A stretch of DNA of 64,000 bases from contig JBGTES010000002.1 of the NCBI GenBank assembly GCA_041747675.1, forward strand, positions 66,538 through 130,537, given 5' to 3'. Below, piece after piece: positions 48,359 through 58,594 of the stretch (position 1 is its first letter; each line of letters starts with the position of its first letter). The translations under genes and the position numbers were made by a program. This stretch comes from Flavobacteriales bacterium. GTDB lineage: Bacteria; Bacteroidota; Bacteroidia; Flavobacteriales_F; PHOS-HE28. Below the pieces are notes generated by a model. It was not told the DNA's origin. It made no database searches and worked only from the letters and a program-made list of their open reading frames with translations.

Positions 48359-49288
48359 ATGAATGAGCCGGGAACACGCGTGGCCATCATCGATCTTGGC
48401 ACGAACACCTTCAAGCTGTTGGTATGCGAGCGTCAGGAGGGCCGCATGCGTGTACTACACCGTGACGAACTGCCCGTGTACCTGGGTCGTGGCGGGATCG
48501 AGCAGGGGATCATCGCCGATGAGGCCTTTGCACGCGGGATCGCCACACTGCGCACGCTGGCGGATCGGGCCCGCGAATTGGGCGCTTCCATCCCGCGCGC
48601 ATTCGGCACCTCGGCCCTGCGCAACGCCCGCAATGCGCCCGAATTCGCAAGTGCAGCGTTGGACGCCACAGGCATCACGATCTCCATCATTCCCGGCGAA
48701 GAAGAAGCGGGGTTGATCCTCGAAGGTGTGCGACAGGCGGTCCGCATGGGCGACCGGCCCGCACTGATCATGGACATCGGCGGTGGCAGCACCGAGTTCA
48801 TCATCGCAACGGACAAGGCCCTGCTGTGGAAGCGCAGCTTCGAGCTGGGGGTGACCCGCCTGCGGGAACGCATCCCGGTGAGCGATCCGATGAGTATGGC
48901 AGAGGAGACCCGCATCTCCGCCCATCTGGATGAAAGGCTGGCGCCGCTTTACGCCATGATCGAACGGTACATGCCGCGGATCCTGATCGGCAGTGCGGGC
49001 AGTTTTGATACGCTGGCAGCGATCATCATCGGGACCACCCCGCCTGCGGAAGAGACCTCGTTGGCCTTCACTGCGGATGCCTTCGATGAGTTGAAGGATC
49101 GCCTGCTGCGCATGACCCGCGATGAACGACTCCGCGTGCAAGGTCTGCCGGAACACCGTGTAGATACCATCCCTTATGCCCTGGTCCAGATCGAGCGCGT
49201 GCTACAGGCCGGCGGCATATACGAATTGGCATGGAGCCGCTATGCGCTGAAGGAAGGTGCAGCGGCGCGGATCATGGGCATTCCGTGA
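48359..49288 (+). CDS. ppx: Ppx/GppA-family exopolyphosphatase / guanosine pentaphosphate phosphohydrolase
   Basis: VAIIDLGTNTFKLLV, GTSALRNARN, DIGGGSTEF actin-like ATPase-fold motifs of the Ppx/GppA family. Confidence 0.85.
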   Translation: MNEPGTRVAIIDLGTNTFKLLVCERQEGRMRVLHRDELPVYLGRGGIEQGIIADEAFARGIATLRTLADRARELGASIPRAFGTSALRNARNAPEFASAALDATGITISIIPGEEEAGLILEGVRQAVRMGDRPALIMDIGGGSTEFIIATDKALLWKRSFELGVTRLRERIPVSDPMSMAEETRISAHLDERLAPLYAMIERYMPRILIGSAGSFDTLAAIIIGTTPPAEETSLAFTADAFDELKDRLLRMTRDERLRVQGLPEHRVDTIPYALVQIERVLQAGGIYELAWSRYALKEGAAARIMGIP

Positions 49289-49299
49289 AGAAAGGCAAC

Positions 49300-49349
49300 G
49301 GGCCCACGCATGGTGTTCCCTGAACTGCGAACGTTGCGCCCGTGGGCCC
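49300..49349. terminator. Candidate bidirectional terminator hairpin between convergent ppx and S8 protease genes
   Basis: GGGCCCACG...CGTGGGCCC 9-bp GC-rich stem with a structured 32-nt loop. No clear U-tract. Confidence 0.3.
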
Positions 49350-49370
49350 TTCGACATAAGAGCAGTACTG

Positions 49371-52070
49371 TCAGGGCAACAACGCAGCCCGTGTATTGGT
49401 GGGCACTGCACCGCCAATGTTCACCAGGATCGGATCGCGATCGTTGCCAATTCCAGTGTATTTGATCATACCATCCAGGTTCACATCCGAAAGGTTGTAT
49501 CCCGTGTTGGTATTGGAAGGCACCGTACCTCCGATCGTACTCAACACCGGGTCGCGGTCGTTGCCGGGGCCCGTGTATTGGATCACCCCGTCGCCTGTCA
49601 CATCACCCGCCCATAGCGCGCGAATGCTGCCGATGGTCTTGCGTGCGGCAGCGCCACCGTAGGTGGAGGTGCCGCCAAGCGTAAGGTCCACCGAGGTGGC
49701 CGTGGCACTCAATGCCACTGTGGAGGCGGTCATGCAGCCCAGGTGATTCCGATGCCGGATGGCCACGTGATAATTGCCCGCCGGGGCGAGGAATCCGATG
49801 GAAGAGGTCCCATCGACGGCATCGACAACGTCACCGTCGCGCTGGATCAGGGCATTGCGCGCGGCCACCACGACAGCGGGGTTGGCGGCCTGTCGCAGTT
49901 CCACCCGCACCCAATCCACGATCGCGTTATTGCCCGTGACCCCGAGTACACCCCCGCCGATGGTCTCGCCACCACCACCTTGTTGGGGCCATCCCATGGC
50001 GGTGTATGGCTCCTGTTGCGGAATATACCCGCCGGTACGCAATCCGTCACTCATCAATGGTCCCACATAGGGTCCTTCCAGGAAGGCCTTCAAGTTCAGG
50101 CGCACCTGGGAACTGACGCAGAAAGGCAGGGTGACCTGCGAATAGTTGCCCGATGGAGTGGCCGCCAGCACCTGCCCCCCGGGGCCGATCACCTGGATGC
50201 TGCCATTGCCATACGCGCAACAGATGCCATCGCCCCAGCTATCATTCACCACCAGTTGGTAGCAACCATCCGGCAGGCATGCGTTCACCGAAGGTTGAGG
50301 ATAGGACCCGTTGGCGCCATACTCAGGATAAGGGCCTCCACTGGCGTAAGTGGTACCGCCGCCGGAAAGACTCCATGTGATGTCAATGCCATAGCGGTCC
50401 GACACCACAGTGACGGTGACCGGGGTGCAGCAGGCGGAATAGACCCAGGTGATCGATGAGGACCAGTTGCTGGTGGCGCCGGAACCGCAGTCGCGTTGCA
50501 CCTGGAATTCATACTGCGTGCAGGTCGCCAGGTTGTTCGCGGTATGGCTGCCCTGCGATAGTCCGTTCACCGTGGTCCAGGTCGGCCCGCCCACCGGCCG
50601 GTACCGCAGGTTGAAGGTGCCTCCGCCGGATGCATTCCATGTGGCGGTGGCCGATGTGGCTGAATTCTCCTGCACTGCCAGACCACCGGGTGCGGTGCAG
50701 ACCGAACCACACTCGTTCATGATCAGCTGCATGCTGTTGTTCACATTGATCCGGCCTCCGGTGACGATCGTACCCGGCAGATTCCCCACCTGTTGCACGC
50801 CCTGGAAGAGCTTTTGCCGCACATACAGCGCACCGGCCTGTGGATCCGACTGCACCAGGGCCATCAGTGATGGGCAGGGTGCGCTGTACAAGAGACCGAT
50901 CACACCCGCGGTGAGCGGGCTGGCGAAGGAGGTGCCGCTGGTATAGGTATAGCCGCTGCTCCCGCTGGTCGTGTAAATGTTGTCGCCCGGCGCCCCCACA
51001 TCGATCGTGGTCGGTCCGTAGGCGCTGAAGGTCCTGTTGTTGCTACTGTTGGTGGCGGTAACACTCACCATGAAGGGACTGGGACAGGCCGTGGGCATAT
51101 CACCTACCACGTCCACATTCACATTATTGTTGGCCGTGGCTCCACAGTTCAGAACACCTTCCGCACCCAACGAGTCGTAGATGGCGCACCACAGTGGGTA
51201 GTTGTTCGGGTTGGCGCCATCGAGTCCCCAACTGGCGTTGGTGGCCACCACAAAGGCGCCCTGCTGTCCGTTGCTCTGGTTATAGCGGCGGCGCATGACC
51301 CAGGGGTAGGTATAGCTCTGGATCACATTGGCCTGGGTGAGATTGCCCACATCCACCACCATGATCTTCACGTTCCAATTGGCGCCGGCCACCCCCACGC
51401 CGTTGTTGCCCACCGCACCGATCATTCCCGCCACGTTGGTGCCATGGCCAGCGTTGGGACCATACAAATTCTGGTCGTTGTTGGACACCGGGTTCCAGCC
51501 CAGGTAGTCGTCCACGTAGCCGTTGCCGTCGTCATCGATGCCGTTGTTGGGGATCTCTGCGGTATTCAGCCACCGGTTGGCCACCAGATCGGTATGCAGC
51601 AGGTTGGACCGCTCGATCACGCAGACCACGATCTCATCGCCCGTGGCGGTGGTACCACCTGTAGTGACATCCCATGCCTGTGGCGATTGGATGTTCGGAT
51701 GCTGCCACTGATTGCTGTAAAGGGGGTCATTCGGCACGACGCGGAAGGCCACCGGGTGGTCGTTCTGGGCCATCATCACATCCCGGTGTCGCTGCACGGC
51801 CGCCAGCATGCGGTCCTGGCTTACCGTGCCCGGGGTGAACTTCAGCAACCAGATACGCATCGGCTCGCTCACCAGATGGTCCACATGCAGGCCGGTTTCG
51901 ACACCGTCCAGCAGACAGAGGTCGCGCACCACTTCGCCAGCACGGCCTTCCGGGGTGAGCATCAGCAGGATATCCCCGGGGATGATGCCGGGGTCGGACT
52001 GTTGCGCGGTGGTCTGATGGGTGAGGAAGGGGATGGCCAGGGCCAGGAGGAGCGTACGGTCCCAATTCAT
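49371..52070 (-). CDS. Secreted subtilisin-like serine protease (peptidase S8) with fibronectin-III-like domain and C-terminal dockerin-like Ca-binding repeats
   Basis: Signal peptide. Propeptide-like N-region. Catalytic D (DDDGNGYVDD), H (GHGTNVAGMIG), S (SGTSFASPLTAGVIG). FN3-like SATSATATWNASGGGTFNLRYRPVGGPTWTTV. Two C-terminal DVTGDGVIQYTG.GNDRDP / DVNLDGMIKYTGIGNDRDP repeats. No T9SS CTD. Confidence 0.85.
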   Translation of the reverse strand: MNWDRTLLLALAIPFLTHQTTAQQSDPGIIPGDILLMLTPEGRAGEVVRDLCLLDGVETGLHVDHLVSEPMRIWLLKFTPGTVSQDRMLAAVQRHRDVMMAQNDHPVAFRVVPNDPLYSNQWQHPNIQSPQAWDVTTGGTTATGDEIVVCVIERSNLLHTDLVANRWLNTAEIPNNGIDDDGNGYVDDYLGWNPVSNNDQNLYGPNAGHGTNVAGMIGAVGNNGVGVAGANWNVKIMVVDVGNLTQANVIQSYTYPWVMRRRYNQSNGQQGAFVVATNASWGLDGANPNNYPLWCAIYDSLGAEGVLNCGATANNNVNVDVVGDMPTACPSPFMVSVTATNSSNNRTFSAYGPTTIDVGAPGDNIYTTSGSSGYTYTSGTSFASPLTAGVIGLLYSAPCPSLMALVQSDPQAGALYVRQKLFQGVQQVGNLPGTIVTGGRINVNNSMQLIMNECGSVCTAPGGLAVQENSATSATATWNASGGGTFNLRYRPVGGPTWTTVNGLSQGSHTANNLATCTQYEFQVQRDCGSGATSNWSSSITWVYSACCTPVTVTVVSDRYGIDITWSLSGGGTTYASGGPYPEYGANGSYPQPSVNACLPDGCYQLVVNDSWGDGICCAYGNGSIQVIGPGGQVLAATPSGNYSQVTLPFCVSSQVRLNLKAFLEGPYVGPLMSDGLRTGGYIPQQEPYTAMGWPQQGGGGETIGGGVLGVTGNNAIVDWVRVELRQAANPAVVVAARNALIQRDGDVVDAVDGTSSIGFLAPAGNYHVAIRHRNHLGCMTASTVALSATATSVDLTLGGTSTYGGAAARKTIGSIRALWAGDVTGDGVIQYTGPGNDRDPVLSTIGGTVPSNTNTGYNLSDVNLDGMIKYTGIGNDRDPILVNIGGAVPTNTRAALLP

Positions 52071-52227
52071 GTCCGGAGCGGTTTACGCGAGCAAGATAGC
52101 GGAACCAGCCCTCTCCTGCCGCATACCGACATGGCCACTTCCTTGGAAGCCAAAGGGATGGGACGGGGCAAGGGGCGTATTCGCATCATGCCGTGCATCT
52201 TTGCGCCGCATCATCACCCAACCTGCA

Positions 52228-53403
52228 ATGGCGCACATTCTGATCATCGACGACGAAAAAGCCATCCGCTACGCCTTGCGCGAGATCCTGGAACATGAAG
52301 GCCACAAGGTGGAGGAGGCCGAGGATGGCGCCGCCGGGCTGGACAAGGCGAAGAAGGGCCGGTTCGACCTGGTACTCTGTGACATCAAGATGCCCAAGAT
52401 GGACGGTATCGAGGTGTTGGAAAAGCTTCAGGCCCACAACGAGGAGTTGCCTGTGGTAATGATCAGCGGACACGGCACGATCGACACCGCCGTGGATGCG
52501 TTGAAGAAGGGCGCGTTCGACTTCATCCAGAAGCCGCCCGACATCAACCGGATCCTGGTGAGCGTACGCAATGCACTGGACCGTGGCGACCTGGTGAAGG
52601 AGACCAAGGTGCTGCGCAGCAAGGTGGGCAAGGCCAAGGGCAATGGCGTGCAGATGGTGGGCGAAAGCAAGGCCCTGCATGCCATCCGCGAGATGATCGA
52701 CAAGGTGGCGCCGAGCGACGCACGCGTGTTGATCACCGGAGGCAACGGAGCTGGCAAGGAGGGTGTGGCACGCCTGATCCACCAGAAGAGCAACCGCGCC
52801 ACCGGACCGTACGTCGAGGTGAACTGCGCGGCCATCCCCGGCGAGTTGATCGAGAGCGAACTCTTTGGCCACATGAAGGGAAGCTTCACCAGCGCCATCA
52901 AGGACCGTAAAGGGAAGTTCGAACTTGCCCACGGCGGCACGCTATTCCTGGACGAGATCGGTGATATGGCCCTGGCCGCACAGGCCAAGGTGCTGCGCGC
53001 CTTGCAGGAAGGCCGCATCACTCCGGTAGGTGGCGACAAGGACGTGACAGTGGATGTACGCGTGATCGCGGCCACCAACAAGGAATTGAAAAAGGAGATC
53101 GCGGAAGGTCGTTTCCGCGAGGACCTCTTCCACCGCCTCAGTGTGATCCCCATCCATGTGCCAAGCCTTGGCGAGCGTTTGGACGACATCCCCCTGCTGG
53201 CCGAGCACTTCATCGGGCAGGTCTGCGGAGAGCAGGGCATCGCACCGAAAAAGATCGCCGACAAGGCGATCAAGGAACTTCAGAAGCTGCCTTGGACGGG
53301 CAACGTGCGCGAGTTGCGCAACGTGGTCGAACGGCTGGTGATCCTAAGTGGCAAGGAGATCACCGAGGCGGACGTGAAGGCCTATGCTGCGCCAAAGTCC
53401 TGA
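52228..53403 (+). CDS. Sigma-54-dependent response regulator (REC + AAA+ sigma54-activator), lacking a C-terminal HTH DNA-binding domain
   Basis: ATG at 52228 (MAHILIIDDEKAIR). Receiver D (LVLCDIKMPKMDG). Sigma54-interaction motifs GESKAL, ITGGNGAGKE, GAFTSA-like GSFTSA, ESELFGH. Protein ends about 25 aa after the AAA+ domain with no Fis-type HTH. Confidence 0.8.
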   Translation: MAHILIIDDEKAIRYALREILEHEGHKVEEAEDGAAGLDKAKKGRFDLVLCDIKMPKMDGIEVLEKLQAHNEELPVVMISGHGTIDTAVDALKKGAFDFIQKPPDINRILVSVRNALDRGDLVKETKVLRSKVGKAKGNGVQMVGESKALHAIREMIDKVAPSDARVLITGGNGAGKEGVARLIHQKSNRATGPYVEVNCAAIPGELIESELFGHMKGSFTSAIKDRKGKFELAHGGTLFLDEIGDMALAAQAKVLRALQEGRITPVGGDKDVTVDVRVIAATNKELKKEIAEGRFREDLFHRLSVIPIHVPSLGERLDDIPLLAEHFIGQVCGEQGIAPKKIADKAIKELQKLPWTGNVRELRNVVERLVILSGKEITEADVKAYAAPKS

Positions 53404-53606
53404 TAGTCATCAGGAAACGTTCGTTCCACCACCAGCCGATCGGGGAACGCGGCCTTCCGTACATGACCGCTCCCCGTTCACATTGCGCCGTTCATATCCG
53501 TGGGCCACGATCGGGGTCCATGTAGGCAACCCGGGGCCGCAGATAGCGTCTTACACTTGGAACCACTTGGACACGGACTCGCTGTGATGAACCAAAACCT
53601 GCCCCA

Positions 53607-54053
53607 ATGGACTTCCTGATCAACATCCACGATTACTTCTATGGCAACATGGGCGTTGCTTTCTACTATATGCTGATGTTCCTTGCCGTGATCGCGGCAC
53701 TGGCACAATGGCGCCTCTACGAAAAGGCCGGCCAGCCAGGCTATACGGCTTTGATCCCGGTGTTGAACATCATCGTCTTCCTGCGCATTGTGGGCCGCCC
53801 GGCCAAGGATGCCTGGCTGATGTTGATCCCCTTTTACGGACAGTTGTACTTCATCCCCAAGGTGTGGATAGAGGTATGCCAGAGCTTCGGCAAGCGCACC
53901 ACGCTCGATTATGTGCTGGTGATCCTGCTCAACGGGCTGTACATCCTGAACCTGGCGATGAGCGAGGACACCCGCTATGTGGGACCCGTGCATGGCCGGC
54001 AGGAGCTGAAACCCGCCCGTCCGCTGAGCCCGCGTCCCAGTCTGGCCGCCTGA
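53607..54053 (+). CDS. Small integral membrane protein (DUF5684-like, hypothetical)
   Basis: 148 aa, 3-4 TM helices, conserved-looking WRLYEKAGQPGYTALIPVLNIIVFLRIVGRP. Confidence 0.45.
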   Translation: MDFLINIHDYFYGNMGVAFYYMLMFLAVIAALAQWRLYEKAGQPGYTALIPVLNIIVFLRIVGRPAKDAWLMLIPFYGQLYFIPKVWIEVCQSFGKRTTLDYVLVILLNGLYILNLAMSEDTRYVGPVHGRQELKPARPLSPRPSLAA

Positions 54054-54139
54054 ATCCCTTTCTCATGACCACTCTGAAAGCCGCCTCCGGGCGGCTTTCT
54101 TCATTCCTTTTGGCCCCCGGTATACCTTTCGCGACGACC

Positions 54140-54871
54140 ATGAAACTCTTTAATAAGGTCCGAAGGCGTTTGCTGGATGATGGCCGTTTCCAACGGTACA
54201 TGCTCTATGCGGTCGGGGAGATCGCACTGGTGGTGATCGGCATTTTCATCGCGCTGCAGTTGAATGCCTGGAAGGCCAATGTAAAGGACCGGGACCTGGA
54301 ACGGACCTACCTCAGGAACCTTCGCGATGACCTGGTCCTTCAACAGGAGATCATCGACGAACAGATCGCACACGAAGCCGGCAAAGTGGCCATGGCCGAT
54401 TCCGCCATGAGCTGCTTCGAAGCTGCTTGTCCTTTGGATATCCTCGAATCCATGTTGACCGGTACCGGCAATTTGTACCAGCGCAAGACCTTCATTGCCA
54501 ACCAACCCACCTTCAACGACCTGGTCTCTTCCGGGAACATGGCACTGCTAAGGGACCAGAAGGTGAAGGCTGAATTGATGCGCTATCACCAGGAACTGGA
54601 ATTGCAGGCCACGGTGATCAACTCGAACAACCGGTTGCTCATCGACCAGCAGTTCGGCCAGAGCATGATGGAGAACAGACTCGGCTTCAGCCTGAACGAC
54701 CAAGGCGAGTTGGACGGGACCAAGACCTTGAGCGGTGATCAGCGCTACACACTGCGCACACTGCTGCGGATGCGGCGGCGGATATCCGAGCTTCATCGAG
54801 AGCGTTGCGAAGTGTTGAACCTCGCCACGGCGAACATGATCGACGTGCTGGACAAGGCGACCAGGCCGTGA
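54140..54871 (+). CDS. DUF6090-like membrane-anchored protein (hypothetical)
   Basis: ATG at 54140 (MKLFNKVRRRLLDDGRFQRYMLYAVGEIALVVIGIFIALQLNAWK), the typical DUF6090 N-terminus, then a coiled-coil-rich region. The 387-aa track ORF is an out-of-context upstream extension. Confidence 0.5.
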   Translation: MKLFNKVRRRLLDDGRFQRYMLYAVGEIALVVIGIFIALQLNAWKANVKDRDLERTYLRNLRDDLVLQQEIIDEQIAHEAGKVAMADSAMSCFEAACPLDILESMLTGTGNLYQRKTFIANQPTFNDLVSSGNMALLRDQKVKAELMRYHQELELQATVINSNNRLLIDQQFGQSMMENRLGFSLNDQGELDGTKTLSGDQRYTLRTLLRMRRRISELHRERCEVLNLATANMIDVLDKATRP

Positions 54872-54875
54872 TCTC

Positions 54876-57482
54876 TCAAGCGAGCAGTTCCGCCGCTTTC
54901 TTCAGCGCCTCAGCCATACCGCCAGGGTCCTTGCCACCGGCCGTGGCGAATTCGGGCTGACCGCCACCGCCGCCCTTGATCAGCGGGCCAAGCTGCTTGA
55001 TAAGGTCGCCCGCCTTCAGGCCGGAAACCTCCATGAAGCTCTTCCCCAGCGAAACGGCCAGGAGCGGTTTGCCGTCGATCACAGACCCGGCGATGAAGGC
55101 GAGGTCTGGCCGCTGCTCGCGCAGTTGGTAACCCAGGTCCTTCAGGCTCTGGGCATCGAGATCCAGTCGTTCAACCAGGAACCTGGCACCTGTGCCGTTC
55201 GATTTCGCGTTGGCGGGCAATGAAGAGGCGAGGCCTTTCACTTTCTCCTTGGCGAACTTCTCCAGTTCCTTGGCCATGGTACTGTGCTGATCCATGAGCT
55301 TCTTCACGGCACCGACCACATCGACGGGGTTCTTCAATAGTGCGTTGATGGCCTCCAGCTTGTCGAGCTTTTCGTTGATCATGCGCTCGGCTTCCACGCT
55401 TGTGATCGCCTCGATGCGGCGTATCCCTGCGGCCAGGGCGCTCTCACTCACGATGCGGAAAGGGCCGATGGTGCCGGTGCGTGGCACGTGCGTACCACCA
55501 CAGAGCTCCACACTGGGGCCGAACTTCACTACACGCACATTGTCGCCGTACTTCTCGCCAAACAGGGCCATGGCACCCATGGCTTTCGCCTCGGCGATGG
55601 GCACATTGCGCTTGTCCTCGAAGACGATATCCTCGGCGATCATGGCGTTCACCGCGTGCTCGATGGTGGCAAGTTCCTCCGGCGTCACCTTGGCGAAGTG
55701 GCTGATATCAAAGCGCAGGCGGTCGGGTGCGACCAGCGAGCCCTTCTGCTCCACGTGTGTACCAAGGTGCTTGCGCAGTACGTGATGCAACAAGTGCGTG
55801 GCCGTGTGGTTGCGTGCGGTGAGGCTTCTGCGCGTGCTGTCCACCTGTGCGGTGACCGGCTTGCTCACATCCTTGGGCAGTTCCTTGGTGAAGTGGATGA
55901 TCAACTCGTTCTCACGCTTGGTATCCACGACCTCCACGTTGTCATCACCCTGCAGCAGCCATCCCTGGTCGCCCACCTGACCGCCGCCTTCCGGGTAGAA
56001 GGAGGTCCGATCCAGCACGAGTTGGAATTGATCCCCCCCCTTGCCGCTGACCTTTCGATAGCGTAGAATGCGAGACTTGCAGTTCAACTCATCGTAGCCG
56101 ATGAATTCGGTCTCCCCCTTTGCCAGTTCCACCCAATCGCCGGTGGTGACGGCGGTGGCAGCGCGGCTGCGTTCCTTCTGCTTTTGTAGTTCGGCCTCGA
56201 AACCTGCCATGTCCACTTCACGGCCTTGTTCGCGCGCCATCAACTGCGTAAGGTCGATGGGGAAACCGTAGGTGTCGAACAGCTCGAACGCCTTGTCGCC
56301 GGGTAGGACTCCTTTACTCTCGGCAAGCGCTTGCTCGATCCGTTTGGTGCCTTGCTCCAAGGTGCGCAGGAAGGCCCGCTCCTCCTCCAGCATCACGTTC
56401 TTCACGATGTCCTGCTGCTTTTTCAGTTCGGGGAACTGCTCCCCCATCTGACCAACCAGCACAGGCACCAACGCATGCATGAATGGCTCATTGAAGCTTA
56501 AGAAGCTATATCCGTAGCGCACGGCACGGCGAAGAATGCGGCGGATCACGTAGCCTGCACCAGTGTTGCCGGGGAGTTGTCCATCGGCAATGGCGAATGC
56601 AATGGCGCGCAAGTGGTCCGCGATCACCCGCATGGCGATGTCTGACCTCTCTTCCTTGCCATAGACCTTACCGCACTGATCCGCCAGTTCCTGGATCAGC
56701 GGCTGGAACACATCCGTGTCGTAGTTACTGCGCTTGCCTTGCAGTACCATGCAAAGGCGCTCGAAACCCATGCCGGTATCCACATGTTGCGAAGGCAATG
56801 TGTGCAGCGAGCCATCGGCCTTGCGCTCGTACTGCATGAACACATTGTTCCAGATCTCGATCACCTGCGGGTGGTCGTTGTTCACCAGTTCGTGCCCCGA
56901 CTTGGCGGCCTTTTCCTCTTGCGTTCGCACGTCCACATGGATCTCCGTGCAGGGGCCACAGGGGCCGGTGTCGCCCATTTCCCAGAAGTTGTCCTTCCGG
57001 CTGAAGGGCAGGATGCGCTCGGCCGGCAAGTACTTCAGCCATAGCTGGCGGGTCTCCTCATCAGGCTCCAAGCCATCCCTGGCATCACCACCGAAGTAGG
57101 TGACGTAAATATCCCTGGTGTCGATCTTGTACTCGTCCACCAGCAGTTCCCAGGCCCACTGGATGGCTTCGGCCTTGAAGTAATCGCCGAAGCTCCAGTT
57201 GCCCAGCATCTCGAACATGGTGTGGTGGTAGGTATCGATGCCTACTTCCTCCAGGTCGTTGTGCTTGCCACTTACACGCAGGCACTTCTGCGTGTCGGCG
57301 ATGCGCTTGTGTTTCGCTTCCCGGTTGCCCAGGAACAGGTCCTTGAACTGGTTCATGCCCGCGTTGGTGAACATCAGCGTGGGATCGTCCTTGATCACCA
57401 TGGGCGCGCTGGGCACGACGGTGTGGCCGCGCCGGGCGAAATGATCGAGGAACTTCTGGCGGATCTCTTGGGAAGTGGGCAT
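54876..57482 (-). CDS. alaS: Alanine--tRNA ligase
   Basis: Full-length (868 aa) class II aaRS with the AlaRS catalytic core, editing domain (HxxxH...CGGTHV) and C-Ala domain. ATG at 57482. Confidence 0.95.
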   Translation of the reverse strand: MPTSQEIRQKFLDHFARRGHTVVPSAPMVIKDDPTLMFTNAGMNQFKDLFLGNREAKHKRIADTQKCLRVSGKHNDLEEVGIDTYHHTMFEMLGNWSFGDYFKAEAIQWAWELLVDEYKIDTRDIYVTYFGGDARDGLEPDEETRQLWLKYLPAERILPFSRKDNFWEMGDTGPCGPCTEIHVDVRTQEEKAAKSGHELVNNDHPQVIEIWNNVFMQYERKADGSLHTLPSQHVDTGMGFERLCMVLQGKRSNYDTDVFQPLIQELADQCGKVYGKEERSDIAMRVIADHLRAIAFAIADGQLPGNTGAGYVIRRILRRAVRYGYSFLSFNEPFMHALVPVLVGQMGEQFPELKKQQDIVKNVMLEEERAFLRTLEQGTKRIEQALAESKGVLPGDKAFELFDTYGFPIDLTQLMAREQGREVDMAGFEAELQKQKERSRAATAVTTGDWVELAKGETEFIGYDELNCKSRILRYRKVSGKGGDQFQLVLDRTSFYPEGGGQVGDQGWLLQGDDNVEVVDTKRENELIIHFTKELPKDVSKPVTAQVDSTRRSLTARNHTATHLLHHVLRKHLGTHVEQKGSLVAPDRLRFDISHFAKVTPEELATIEHAVNAMIAEDIVFEDKRNVPIAEAKAMGAMALFGEKYGDNVRVVKFGPSVELCGGTHVPRTGTIGPFRIVSESALAAGIRRIEAITSVEAERMINEKLDKLEAINALLKNPVDVVGAVKKLMDQHSTMAKELEKFAKEKVKGLASSLPANAKSNGTGARFLVERLDLDAQSLKDLGYQLREQRPDLAFIAGSVIDGKPLLAVSLGKSFMEVSGLKAGDLIKQLGPLIKGGGGGQPEFATAGGKDPGGMAEALKKAAELLA

Positions 57483-57607
57483 AGGGGCTTTCTGAAGTGG
57501 CGGCAAAAGTACCGAGCCACGGATCCACATTCTTTAACAAGCAGCCAGCCCCTCAGTAGGGCGTAACCCGGCAGGTGCGGCTATATTCGCCTGCCTCCGC
57601 TCCCACC

Positions 57608-58579
57608 ATGGCCGAGCTCAAGTACCGCTTCAATCCCGAGACGCTCAATTTCGAGCGCATCCGGCTGTCCGCCTGGCAGAAGGCCAAGCGCCTGGGATGG
57701 ATGCTGCTGCCCGGGCTGCTGGTGGGTATCATGGGTATTTTCCTGGTGTACCAGTTCGTGGATTCGCCCAAGGAGGCGGCCATGCGGCGCGAGAATCAGC
57801 AACTCCTCACCCAGTATGAATTGATGAACCGCCAGCTGGCCGAGTTGGAACGCGTGATGAGCGATGTGCGTCGGAGAGACGACAACCTGTACCGGGTGAT
57901 CTTCGAGGCGGACCCCCTGCCGGAAAGCATGCGTATGGCGGGGTCCGGCGGAGTGGACCGCTATAAGGGCCTGGAAGGCTTCATTACCAGCGACCTGGTG
58001 GTGGCCACCAAACGCAGGCTGGAAAAATTGACGCGTCAACTGGTGGTGCAATCGAAGTCTTTGGACGAGGTGGTCTCCATGGTGCTGCTGAAACAGGAGA
58101 TGCTCGCGAGCATCCCGGCGATCCAGCCCGTTGCCAATGAGGATCTCACACGCACAGCAGGTGGCTATGGTTGGCGCATCCACCCGATCCACAAGATCAA
58201 CAAGTTCCACGCGGGCATGGACTTCACCGCCAAGGTGGGTACACCCATCCATGCTACGGGCGATGGCCGCGTGGTGACCGCCGAGTACAGCACGAATGGA
58301 TATGGCCTACACGTGGTGATCGACCATGGCTACGACTATCAAACCCTTTACGCACACCTGAGCAGACTGGAGGTGAAGAAGGGGCAGAAGTTGAAGCGCG
58401 GCGACGTGATCGGTCTGGTGGGCAATACCGGCTTGAGCGCTGGTCCCCACCTCCACTACGAGGTGCACAAGGGTGGTGAAGCGGTGGATCCGGTGAACTT
58501 CTTCTTCAATGACCTGAGCCCTGCCGAGTACGCCCTGATGCTGGAGATCTCGCGGAACGCAGGGCAGTCACTGGACTGA
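57608..58579 (+). CDS. M23-family (LytM-type) peptidoglycan endopeptidase
   Basis: N-terminal TM/coiled coil. C-terminal M23 motifs HAGMDFTA...GNTGLSAGPHLHYEV. Confidence 0.85.
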   Translation: MAELKYRFNPETLNFERIRLSAWQKAKRLGWMLLPGLLVGIMGIFLVYQFVDSPKEAAMRRENQQLLTQYELMNRQLAELERVMSDVRRRDDNLYRVIFEADPLPESMRMAGSGGVDRYKGLEGFITSDLVVATKRRLEKLTRQLVVQSKSLDEVVSMVLLKQEMLASIPAIQPVANEDLTRTAGGYGWRIHPIHKINKFHAGMDFTAKVGTPIHATGDGRVVTAEYSTNGYGLHVVIDHGYDYQTLYAHLSRLEVKKGQKLKRGDVIGLVGNTGLSAGPHLHYEVHKGGEAVDPVNFFFNDLSPAEYALMLEISRNAGQSLD

Positions 58580-58594
58580 TACCTTTGGGCACAC

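Noticed and set aside
52021-52227. Upstream 69-aa extension of the sigma-54 regulator ORF
   Set aside because: The receiver domain begins at MAHILIIDDE (ATG 52228). The extension overlaps the divergent protease start region.
52071-53606. Sigma-54 (-24/-12) promoters near the bEBP gene
   Set aside because: Candidate TGGCCAC.../TGGAAC... strings have wrong -12 spacing or lack the GC dinucleotide. No convincing match by eye.
53708-54871. 387-aa ORF spanning two genes' worth of sequence
   Set aside because: The first 144 codons are an out-of-frame read-through of the DUF5684-like gene region. A canonical DUF6090-type N-terminus begins at the ATG at 54140.
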